Below, one piece after another: positions 55,289-63,394 of a stretch of DNA of 64,000 nt; the stretch's first letter is position 1, and each line of letters begins with the position of its first letter. The stretch spans positions 78,140 to 142,139 of the forward strand of contig JBBRFL010000003.1 in NCBI GenBank assembly GCA_038224325.1. The letters are read 5' to 3'. Under the pieces are notes generated by a model that was given only the letters and a program-made list of their open reading frames with translations, searched no databases and was not told where the DNA came from. The position numbers and the translations under genes were made by a program. The DNA comes from Thermoanaerobaculia bacterium. GTDB taxonomy: Bacteria; Acidobacteriota; Thermoanaerobaculia; UBA5066; Gp7-AA6.

Positions 55289-56491
55289 GTGGCTTCCATG
55301 GCGCAGACGGCTTCGACCATCGTCATCCTCGACGGCGCGCGCACTCCGATGGCGGAGTACAACGGGGCGTTCGCGGACGTCTCGGCGATCGACCTCGGCG
55401 TGCACGCGGCGCGCGAGGCGCTCCAGCGCAGCGGCGTCGAACCGGCGGAGATCGATCACGTCATCTTCGGCAACGCCCTGCAGACGTCCGGCGACGCGAT
55501 CTACGGAGCGCGGCACGTCGGCCTGAAGGCGGGTGTTCCGAAGGAGGTCCCGGCGCTGACGGTCAACCGGCTGTGCGGTTCCGGCTTCGAGTCGATCGTC
55601 CAGGGCGCGCACCGCATCTTACTCGGCGAAGCGAAAACGGTGCTCTCCGGCGGGATGGAGAACATGTCGCAGGCCCCGCACGTCATCCGGGGCGCGCGAC
55701 GGGGGCTGCGGTTGGGGCAGGGGCAGCTCGAGGACTCCCTCATGGTCGCGCTTCTCGACTCCTACTGCGGCCTCTACATGGCGCAGACGTCGGATCGAGT
55801 GGCCGCCAAGTACGGCATCTCGCGGGCCGAACAGGACGCCTACGCGCTCTCCTCGCAGCGCCGCGCGGCCCAGGCGTGGTCGGCCTGCCGGATCTCGGAG
55901 GAGGTCGTCCCCGTGGAGGTCAAGTCGGGCCGCAAGACCGTGCGGGTCGAGCGGGACGATCACATGCGGCCCGATTCCACTCTCGAGGCGCTCGCCGGCC
56001 TGCCTCCCTCGTTCGGCAAGGACGGGTCGGTCACCGCGGGCAACGCGTCCGGGATCGTGGACGGCGCCGCCGCCGTCGTCGTGACATCGGCCGAAGGGGC
56101 GAAGGCGAGAGGGCGCGCTCCGCTCGGAACGCTCGTTTCCTGGGCGGTCGTCGGAGTCGAGCCGGAGCTCATGGGGCTGGGGCCGGCGCCCGCCGCCCGC
56201 GCCGCGCTCGCACGGGGGGGGCTCTCCGTGGACGACATCGGGCTCTGGGAGATCAACGAGGCCTTCGCGGGCCAGATCCTGGGAGTCGTCCGCGAGCTCG
56301 GGCTCGACGAGGAGAAGTTGAACGTCAACGGCGGGGCGATTGCGCTCGGCCATCCGCTCGCGGCCACCGGAACGCGCCTCACCCTGACGCTGCTCAAGGA
56401 GATGCGGCGCCGCGGGGTGCGCTACGGGCTGGCGGGGGCCTGCATCGGGGGCGGGCAGGGAATCGCCCTCGTGCTCGAGTCTTCCGGTTAG
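55289..56491 (+). CDS. acetyl-CoA C-acetyltransferase (thiolase II)
   Basis: The protein is 400 aa. The active-site Cys is at NRLCGSG. The C-terminus matches thiolases (NVNGGAIALGHPLAATG…GLAGACIGGGQG). Confidence 0.9.
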   Translation: MASMAQTASTIVILDGARTPMAEYNGAFADVSAIDLGVHAAREALQRSGVEPAEIDHVIFGNALQTSGDAIYGARHVGLKAGVPKEVPALTVNRLCGSGFESIVQGAHRILLGEAKTVLSGGMENMSQAPHVIRGARRGLRLGQGQLEDSLMVALLDSYCGLYMAQTSDRVAAKYGISRAEQDAYALSSQRRAAQAWSACRISEEVVPVEVKSGRKTVRVERDDHMRPDSTLEALAGLPPSFGKDGSVTAGNASGIVDGAAAVVVTSAEGAKARGRAPLGTLVSWAVVGVEPELMGLGPAPAARAALARGGLSVDDIGLWEINEAFAGQILGVVRELGLDEEKLNVNGGAIALGHPLAATGTRLTLTLLKEMRRRGVRYGLAGACIGGGQGIALVLESSG

Positions 56492-56508
56492 CGGTCAGGA
56501 CGTCCTCG

Positions 56509-56853
56509 ATGGCGGAGATGACCTGGACGGAACGTATCCTGGATTTTCCCGTGCGCTCCGCCGCAGTTGAGGACTTCCTGCGCGACCTGCGCGCGAAGGG
56601 CACCGGGGACCTGAACGCCGTCCTGTGCACGTTGAACGAGGGGCGGTTGTGTCGCGAGGCGACGGCCTACTGGATCGGGAACGGTTGGATCGTGCTGGCG
56701 CCGAACTCGCCGATCGTGGCGCTGGCGGGACCGCGATTCGATCGCGGCCTGAGGCTGCGCGATTTCTGCGGGGACGTCGATGGAGCCGCCGAGGAGCTGG
56801 AGGTCGCGTTCTCCGCGGAGAGCGCCGGGGAGACGAACGATGACGATTCGTAG
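56509..56853 (+). CDS. hypothetical protein (114 aa) embedded in the beta-oxidation-like operon
   Basis: The ORF lies between the thiolase and hbd. Its 3' end overlaps the hbd start by ~14 nt. No motifs were recognised. Confidence 0.4.
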   Translation: MAEMTWTERILDFPVRSAAVEDFLRDLRAKGTGDLNAVLCTLNEGRLCREATAYWIGNGWIVLAPNSPIVALAGPRFDRGLRLRDFCGDVDGAAEELEVAFSAESAGETNDDDS

Positions 56854-57694
56854 GGTCGGCGTCCTCGGGGCCGGGCTGATGGGCTCCGGAATCGCCGAGG
56901 TGTGCGCCCGGGCCGGATACGACACGATCGTGCGCGAGGTGGACGACGCCCTCGTGAAGAAGGGCATCGCCCGCATCGAGGCCTCCCTGTCGAAGGCGGT
57001 GGAACGGGGCAAGCTCCCGCCCGCCGAGCAGAGCGCGACTCGGAGGAGGATCTCCTCGACCACGCGCCTGGAGGACCTAGCCGACTGCGACCTGGTCCTC
57101 GAGGCCATCGTCGAGAACCTGGACGTCAAGAAGGAAACCTATCGGGCGCTCGATCGGATCTGCGCGCCCGAGGCGATCTTCTGCTCGAACACGTCCTCCC
57201 TGACGATCATCGAGATGTCGGCCGCCACGGAGCGGCCGGACCGTTTCGCGGGACTCCACTTCTTCAACCCCGTTCCCGTCATGAAGCTCGTTGAGGTCGT
57301 GCGCACGATCGCGACGTCCGACGAGACCGCCAACGCCGTCTTCGACTTCGCCAGGTCCCTGGGGAAGGAGCCCATCCGAACGCACGACAACTCGGGATTC
57401 ATCGTCAACCGACTCCTGGTGCCGTATCTCCTGGACGCGGTGCGCGCCCTCGAGGAGGGAGTCGGCACGCGCGAGGACATCGACAAGGGCATGGAGCTCG
57501 GCTGCGGCCATCCCATGGGGCCTCTCAAGCTGCTGGACTTCGTCGGGCTCGACACGACGTACGCGATCGCCGAGATCATGTTCGCCGAGTACCGCGAGAA
57601 GCGTTTCGCGCCCCCGCCGCTCCTGAAACGGATGGTGCTGGCGGGGCGCTACGGCAAGAAGTCCGGGCGCGGGTTCTACGAGTACGGAGGTTAG
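56840..57694 (+). CDS. 3-hydroxybutyryl-CoA / 3-hydroxyacyl-CoA dehydrogenase
   Basis: The motifs VGVLGAGLMGSGIA, a His-Glu catalytic pair context (…SNTSSL…HFFNPVPVMKLVEV) and a C-terminal dimerisation domain are present. Confidence 0.9.
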   Translation: MTIRRVGVLGAGLMGSGIAEVCARAGYDTIVREVDDALVKKGIARIEASLSKAVERGKLPPAEQSATRRRISSTTRLEDLADCDLVLEAIVENLDVKKETYRALDRICAPEAIFCSNTSSLTIIEMSAATERPDRFAGLHFFNPVPVMKLVEVVRTIATSDETANAVFDFARSLGKEPIRTHDNSGFIVNRLLVPYLLDAVRALEEGVGTREDIDKGMELGCGHPMGPLKLLDFVGLDTTYAIAEIMFAEYREKRFAPPPLLKRMVLAGRYGKKSGRGFYEYGG

Positions 57695-57697
57695 CCG

Positions 57698-58480
57698 ATG
57701 GGGGATCTCATCCGCGCGGAGGACCAGGACTCGATTCGCATTCTCACGGTCTCGCGGCCCGAGAAGCTCAATGCCCTGAACGCCTCCGTGCTGGAGGACC
57801 TGGGGGCCGCCATCGCCGCGGCGGAGTCGAGCCCGGATCTGCGCTGCCTCATCGTCACGGGCGCGGGCGAGAAGGCGTTCATCGCGGGAGCCGACATCGG
57901 CGAGCTCGCGACGCTCTCGCCGCTCGAGGGGCGCGAGCACGCCCGGAGGGGACAGGCGCTCTTCGACCGCATCGCGAACCTCCCGGTTCCCACGATCGCC
58001 GCGATCAACGGCTTCGCCTACGGGGGAGGGCTCGAGCTTGCGATGGCCTGCAGCCTGCGCGTGGCCTCGGACAACGCCCGGATGGGACTGCCCGAGACCT
58101 CGCTCGGAATTCTGCCCGGATACGGCGGCACGCAGCGCCTCGCCCGGCTCGTGGGTCGGGCGCGCGCGCTGGAGCTCGTCCTGACAGCCGAGAAGGGGTT
58201 GACGGCGGCGGAGGCCGAGCGCATCGGGCTGGTCAACCGGGTCGTCCCCGCGGGAGGGGCCCTGAACGGAGCGCTCGAGTTGGCCCGCAGGATCGCCGCT
58301 AACGGCCCTGTCGCCTGCCGGTACGCCATGGAGGCGATCGGCCGGGGGCTCGAGATGCCCCTGGCGGAGGGCCAGTTGCTCGAGGCGACGCTCTTCGGGC
58401 TCTGCGCCGCGACCTCCGACACGCGGGAGGGGATGAGCGCCTTCCTGGAGAAGCGCCCCGCGCGCTTCACCGGCCGCTAG
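57698..58480 (+). CDS. enoyl-CoA hydratase (crotonase)
   Basis: The crotonase fold is recognisable (ITGAGEKAFIAGADI…AAINGFAYGGGLELAMACSLRVAS…GLPETSLGILPGYGGTQRL). Confidence 0.85.
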   Translation: MGDLIRAEDQDSIRILTVSRPEKLNALNASVLEDLGAAIAAAESSPDLRCLIVTGAGEKAFIAGADIGELATLSPLEGREHARRGQALFDRIANLPVPTIAAINGFAYGGGLELAMACSLRVASDNARMGLPETSLGILPGYGGTQRLARLVGRARALELVLTAEKGLTAAEAERIGLVNRVVPAGGALNGALELARRIAANGPVACRYAMEAIGRGLEMPLAEGQLLEATLFGLCAATSDTREGMSAFLEKRPARFTGR

Positions 58481-58541
58481 CGCCGGCCCGTCCCCCCTTC
58501 TCTCGTCGGACTCTTGCGCGCGGCGAGCGCTCGGTGCTAGC

Positions 58542-59750
58542 GTGGCACAGGCCCTCCAAGGAATCAGGAAATGTAGGTGGCTTACGCCCGTTGAGCTCAT
58601 CGGCGCCTGTGTTTTCTGCGCTGCGATGCTATTCGGTGGCGGTCCGCCGCCGCGCGCCGGACTCGGAGTCGACCTCGGCGTCTCCTACGCGACGCTCTCG
58701 CGCCGGCAGGACCTGATCCCGGGGCGCTTCGACACCTCCGACGTCACCGCCAAGCTCGCCGTCGTGGGAATCGGGCAGGCGAGGCTATCCCCGGAGAATC
58801 TCGGCGCGGGCACTCCCGAACGAGAATGGAGAATCCATCTCGCGGTCGGGCCGTCACACGACGAGGTACTCCGAAAGGTCTCGAACGAGGAGCCGGTAAC
58901 GGCGAGCGGCACGGGCCGCTACCTCGGCTTCGCGGCGCTCGGACGGCTCCCGATCGGACCGCGGGATTCCGTCGAGCTCGGGTTCGAGCGGCGGGACGAG
59001 GACGCGACGGACCTCTTCATCCTCGGGAAGCGCACCTTCGACGGGAGTCGCTCGGGCGTCTCGCGGCGTCTCGATCTCGGAGGCGGCTGGAGGCACCGGT
59101 GGCATGGCCTCGAGGCGGCGGCGGGACTCCGATGGGGAAGCCTCACCGGCGGGAACGAGACGGGGGAGACGCTCTATCGCGCACACGGGGGACTGCTGGG
59201 CGGCGCGGCGGAGGTCCGCCTGCGGGTGGGGCGCCTCGGCAGCTTCCTGCGGGCCGAGCGGATGTCAGGAAGCCTGAACGTTCGCGAGAGAAGCGTGTCC
59301 GCGTCGGTGGACCGCGATCGCTCGAGGGATGCGGTGCTCCAGACGGGCAGCGCGGGACTGAGCTACTCGTGGCCCCGCACCGATCTCGCGCTGTCCCTGT
59401 CGTCGGATCGTCAGAGGCTCCCCTTCGTGTCTCTCGCGGTTCTCGGGACCGAGGCCTCCGCCTTCGACCGCGGTCTACATCCGGAGTCCGACGTCCGCGA
59501 GGTCTTCTGGAACGTCGTGCTCCGCCGCTCCTTCACGCCGGCTTTGCGCGCGCTCGCGCAGATTCGCCTCGGCTACGGGACCGAGACGGTCACGCTGAGC
59601 GACCCCTCCGGCGGGTCGTCGCCCATGATCCTGAATATCCGCCGCCGCGGGACCTTCGGCGCCGGTCTGAGCGGTCAGCTCGGTTCTCCCGCGGTCGTCT
59701 TCTACGTCGGCGTCGAGGTCGCGTTGGGCCGGCCGGCCGATGGCGGTTGA
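58542..59750 (+). CDS. secreted hypothetical protein, member A of a tandem paralogous pair
   Basis: The protein is 402 aa. It shares long collinear motifs with the next gene: ACxFCA, YATLxRR, GAGTP, SGTGR, ARDSVE, GWRHRWxGLE, ERMSGSLxV, LPFVSLAVLGTE, VTLxD. The start is uncertain (GTG 58542). Confidence 0.55.
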   Translation: MAQALQGIRKCRWLTPVELIGACVFCAAMLFGGGPPPRAGLGVDLGVSYATLSRRQDLIPGRFDTSDVTAKLAVVGIGQARLSPENLGAGTPEREWRIHLAVGPSHDEVLRKVSNEEPVTASGTGRYLGFAALGRLPIGPRDSVELGFERRDEDATDLFILGKRTFDGSRSGVSRRLDLGGGWRHRWHGLEAAAGLRWGSLTGGNETGETLYRAHGGLLGGAAEVRLRVGRLGSFLRAERMSGSLNVRERSVSASVDRDRSRDAVLQTGSAGLSYSWPRTDLALSLSSDRQRLPFVSLAVLGTEASAFDRGLHPESDVREVFWNVVLRRSFTPALRALAQIRLGYGTETVTLSDPSGGSSPMILNIRRRGTFGAGLSGQLGSPAVVFYVGVEVALGRPADGG

Positions 59751-59871
59751 GCGGAACACGAGCGTGCCGCGCGCGGGCCGGCACGCGCGGCGGAGCGATT
59801 GCGCCACCCGTAGGCCCATGTTAGGTTGCCGCCTGCGTCGCCCCCCGAGATCATAGGAGAGCAGAGCACGC

Positions 59872-61038
59872 ATGGGCTACGACCTGGTGAACGCCTGCAT
59901 CTTCTGCGCGGGACTCCTCCTGGGGAACCAGCTCGTCCCGCGCGACGGGCTGCAGGGGGACGTCGGCTTCGCGTACGCGACGCTGGCCCGGCGATACGAC
60001 GTCACGTCGGAGCGCGTAGATGGCTCGGACGCGACGCCCAAGTTCATCCTCGCGGGTCTCGGGAACTCGTGGCCGGCGCAGGACGGGCTGGGGGCCGGCA
60101 CGCCTGCCTCGGAGTGGAGGGGAACCGTCGCCTTCGCGCCGTCGCACGAGGAGCAGGAGCGCAAGGAGCTCCCCGACCTCGAGCGGATCGTGTCGACGGG
60201 AACGGGCCGCTTCGAGAACTTCGCGTTCGTGACGCGCTTCGCGCTGGGCGCTCGCGACTCCGTCGAGATCGCGGGGGGACAACGCGCCTACAAATCCACG
60301 GACATCATCAACATCGGGGGCGGCAACTCGGAGTTCACCGAGGCCCGGTCCGCGTCCGCGTCGCGCATCGACATCCTGGCCGGCTGGCGCCACCGCTGGA
60401 AGGGGCTCGAGGGCGAGGCGGCCATTCGATGGGTCAAGCCGTCCAGCTACAACTCGACCGCGAACGCATTCCATCAGGCGAGCGGGGCGTTTCTCGGGTG
60501 GGAGGCGGAGGCGCGTTGGCGGAGCGGTCCGTGGTCCGCGCTGCTCCACGGGGAGCGGATGAGCGGCTCGCTCGACGTCCACCGGGAGAGCGCCCCGATA
60601 TTCGCTGACCGCGATGCGAGCCTCCCGGCTTCCCTCGAGGCGCTGCGCTTCGGCCTCGGTTACACGTGGCCGCGAAGCGAGCTCTTCGTGTCGGCGACGT
60701 ACGATCGCCAGCACCTGCCCTTCGTCTCGCTCGCCGTCCTCGGCACCGAGACGGTCGCCTTCGATTCGGGGTTCGACCCGGATTCGCTCAACAAGCAGGT
60801 CTTCGGCGACGTCGCATTCCGGTACGCGTTCTCGCCCGCGATCCGCGCGCGGGTGTCCGTGCGCATGGGGTGGGGACACGAGACCGTGACGCTGACCGAC
60901 TCGGCCGGCGTGCTTCCGACGCAGACGCTCAAGGTGCTTCGCCGCGGGATCTTTGGCGGCAGTCTTTCGAACCAGTTCGGCTCGCCCGAGGTGACGTTCT
61001 TCGTCGGCGCCGACTTCGCGATCGGGACTCCGCGGTAG
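59872..61038 (+). CDS. secreted hypothetical protein, member B of the tandem paralogous pair
   Basis: AGGAGAG lies upstream of the ATG. The protein is 388 aa. It is collinear with member A along the full length, with the same motif set. Confidence 0.6.
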   Translation: MGYDLVNACIFCAGLLLGNQLVPRDGLQGDVGFAYATLARRYDVTSERVDGSDATPKFILAGLGNSWPAQDGLGAGTPASEWRGTVAFAPSHEEQERKELPDLERIVSTGTGRFENFAFVTRFALGARDSVEIAGGQRAYKSTDIINIGGGNSEFTEARSASASRIDILAGWRHRWKGLEGEAAIRWVKPSSYNSTANAFHQASGAFLGWEAEARWRSGPWSALLHGERMSGSLDVHRESAPIFADRDASLPASLEALRFGLGYTWPRSELFVSATYDRQHLPFVSLAVLGTETVAFDSGFDPDSLNKQVFGDVAFRYAFSPAIRARVSVRMGWGHETVTLTDSAGVLPTQTLKVLRRGIFGGSLSNQFGSPEVTFFVGADFAIGTPR

Positions 61039-61109
61039 GAAACAGCGCTACGGGCGCGGTTGATCTGGCGCCGGTCCGGGACTAGACTGAACCTGGGAAG
61101 ACAAAGCGT

Positions 61110-62363
61110 TTGCACCCTCCGGACTCCGACCTGATCTACGACTGGAATCGAGCGGGAGGGGCGGTCTTCCCCTCCCGCGGAAGCGTTGAGCTCGACGACG
61201 AGACTCTGCGGGACGGCCTCCAGTCCCCGTCGGTTAAGAGCCCCTCGATCGACCAGAAGATCCAGATCCTGCACCTGATGGAGTCGCTCGGGATCGACTC
61301 CGCGGACATCGGGCTGCCCGGCGCCGGTCCCCACGTCGTCGAGACGGTGACCCGCCTGGCCCAGGAGATGGTCCGCTCGAAGATGCGGATCCGCCCCAAC
61401 TGCGCCGCCCGAACCGTGGCGGCAGACATCCAGCCGATCATCGAGATCTCGCAGCGGGTCGGCATCCCGATCGAAGTCTCATGCTTCATCGGATCCTCTC
61501 CCATCCGCCAGTACGCCGAGGACTGGGATTTCGATCGGATGCTCCGGATGTCCGAGGAGGCCGTCTCCCTCGCGGTTCGCGCCGGCCTCCCCGTCATGTA
61601 CGTGACGGAGGACACGACCCGCGCGCAGCCGGAGACGATCCGTCGGATGTACACGACCGCCATGCGAGCGGGGGCCTTGCGCGTGTGCGTGTGCGACACC
61701 GTCGGCCACGCCACCCCCAACGGAGTGCGCAACGTGGTCCGGTTCGTGTCGGACCTGGCGGCCGAGATCAATCCCGACGTGAAGGTGGACTGGCACGGGC
61801 ACCAGGACCGCGGCCTGGGCGTCACGAACGCGCTCTGGGCCCTGGAGGCCGGCGCCCATCGCGTGCACGCGTGCGCGCTCGGGATCGGAGAGCGCGTCGG
61901 CAACACCCCGATGGACCAGCTCCTCGTCAACCTCCAGCTCCTGGGCTGGATCGACCGCGACCTGACCCGGTTGAGCGACTACTGCGTCGCCGTCTCGGAT
62001 GCGACGGGGGTGCGGATTCCCGACAACTACCCGATCGTGGGAAGGGACGCCTTCCGCACGGGCACCGGCGTCCATGCCGCGGCGATCATCAAGGCGCGGA
62101 AGAAGAGCGACGAGTGGCTCTCCGATCGCGTCTACTCCGGAGTCCCGGCGAGCATGGTCGGGCGGCACCAGGTCATCGAGGTCGGACCGATGAGTGGGCT
62201 CTCCAACGTCCAGTGCTGGCTGGAGGATCGCGGCATGGATCCGCGCGCGGAGTTGGTCGAGGCGATCTTCCGGCTTGCGAAGGAGAGCGACCGCGTCCTG
62301 CTCGACGAGGAGATCCAGGAGATCGTCACGCGTTTCGCGCCGGCCGCCGCGGGACGGGCCTAG
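61110..62363 (+). CDS. DRE-TIM metallolyase, 2-isopropylmalate/homocitrate/citramalate synthase family (short form, no regulatory domain)
   Basis: The motifs LRDGLQSP, …DTVGHATP… and HGHQDRGLGVTNALWALEAGAHRVHACALGIGERVGNTPMDQL (HxH…GIGERxGN) are present. There are no leuBCD neighbours. Confidence 0.75.
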   Translation: MHPPDSDLIYDWNRAGGAVFPSRGSVELDDETLRDGLQSPSVKSPSIDQKIQILHLMESLGIDSADIGLPGAGPHVVETVTRLAQEMVRSKMRIRPNCAARTVAADIQPIIEISQRVGIPIEVSCFIGSSPIRQYAEDWDFDRMLRMSEEAVSLAVRAGLPVMYVTEDTTRAQPETIRRMYTTAMRAGALRVCVCDTVGHATPNGVRNVVRFVSDLAAEINPDVKVDWHGHQDRGLGVTNALWALEAGAHRVHACALGIGERVGNTPMDQLLVNLQLLGWIDRDLTRLSDYCVAVSDATGVRIPDNYPIVGRDAFRTGTGVHAAAIIKARKKSDEWLSDRVYSGVPASMVGRHQVIEVGPMSGLSNVQCWLEDRGMDPRAELVEAIFRLAKESDRVLLDEEIQEIVTRFAPAAAGRA

Positions 62364-62386
62364 CGGCGCCGCGCCGCTCGGGATCG

Positions 62387-63343
62387 GTGGCGACGCGAAA
62401 GGCGGCGAGCCAGCGAGCGGGGTCGCGGTTCCTCGATCGCGAGCTGCCCACCTATCTCGACCATCTCTCCGTCGAGCGCGGCCTCTCGAGCGCCAGCGTG
62501 GCGGCGTACCGGGGCGACCTCGAGGCGTTCGGCCGGTTCCTGCTCGGCCGCCGGCTGGAGGCGGCGAAGGTCGAACGCTCGGATCTCGGCCGCTACCTGA
62601 CGGGCGCGCGGGCCCGGGGCCTCTCGGCGCGCTCGGCCTCGAGAGCCCTCTCCGCGGTCCGCGGCTTCTACGGATTCGCGGCCGCCCACCTCGGTTTCGC
62701 GGAGGACCCCACGGCGGACGTCTCCAATCCGAAGCTCGGCCTTTCGCTGCCGAAGGGCCGCGCCGAGGCGGAGGTCGAGGCCCTGCTCGAGGCCCCCGAT
62801 GTCGCCACCCCGCTCGGCCTGCGCGACCGGGCCATGCTCGAGCTGCTCTACGCGTCCGGGCTGCGCGTGTCCGAGGTCGTCGGCCTCCCGTGGGACGCGA
62901 TCGATCTGGAGGCGGGGATCCTGCGCGTGACGGGGAAGGGCGGAAAGCAGAGGCTGGTGCCCTTCGGCCGGTCCGCGTCGCGTTGGGTGTCGCGCTACCT
63001 GGAATCCGCGCGTCCCGCGCTCGACCGGAAGCGCTCGGCGCACCTCTTTCTCTCCGCGCGCGCGGGCCCGATGACGCGCCAGCGGTTCTGGCAGCTCATC
63101 GAGGGCTACGGGCGCAAGGCCGGCATCGCCGGCCGCCTGACCCCGCACTCGTTGCGCCACTCCTTCGCGACCCACCTCCTGGACCACGGGGCGGACCTGC
63201 GGGCGCTTCAAATGATGCTGGGCCACGCGGACATCGCCACGACCCAGATCTACACGAAGGTCTCGCGGTCCCGGCTGCGCAAGGTCTACGACGAGTTCCA
63301 CCCCCGGGCGCGCCGGAGCGGGCGGGGGAAAATCAAGGGATGA
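62387..63343 (+). CDS. xerD: tyrosine site-specific recombinase XerD/XerC
   Basis: The N-terminal SAM-like domain is present (YLDHLSVERGLSSASVAAYRGDL). The catalytic R…K…HxxR…Y residues are present (ASGLRVSE…LTPHSLRHSFATHLL…GHADIATTQIYTKV). Confidence 0.85.
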   Translation: MATRKAASQRAGSRFLDRELPTYLDHLSVERGLSSASVAAYRGDLEAFGRFLLGRRLEAAKVERSDLGRYLTGARARGLSARSASRALSAVRGFYGFAAAHLGFAEDPTADVSNPKLGLSLPKGRAEAEVEALLEAPDVATPLGLRDRAMLELLYASGLRVSEVVGLPWDAIDLEAGILRVTGKGGKQRLVPFGRSASRWVSRYLESARPALDRKRSAHLFLSARAGPMTRQRFWQLIEGYGRKAGIAGRLTPHSLRHSFATHLLDHGADLRALQMMLGHADIATTQIYTKVSRSRLRKVYDEFHPRARRSGRGKIKG

Positions 63344-63394
63344 GCTCCCCCGGGCGGGGAATGCGGCCTCCCGCGGGGATGTTCCAGAGGCCAC

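Noticed and set aside
58481-58541. Possible sigma70-like promoter (CTTGCG…TAGCGT) upstream of paralog A
   Set aside because: The match to -35/-10 consensus is weak and the spacing is ambiguous. It cannot be supported without transcript data.
62387-63343. Tyrosine recombinase considered as a marker of an integrated mobile element
   Set aside because: The domain organisation and length fit chromosomal XerD/XerC. There is no adjacent tRNA, attachment-site direct repeat or phage/IS gene. Flanking genes are ordinary chromosomal genes.
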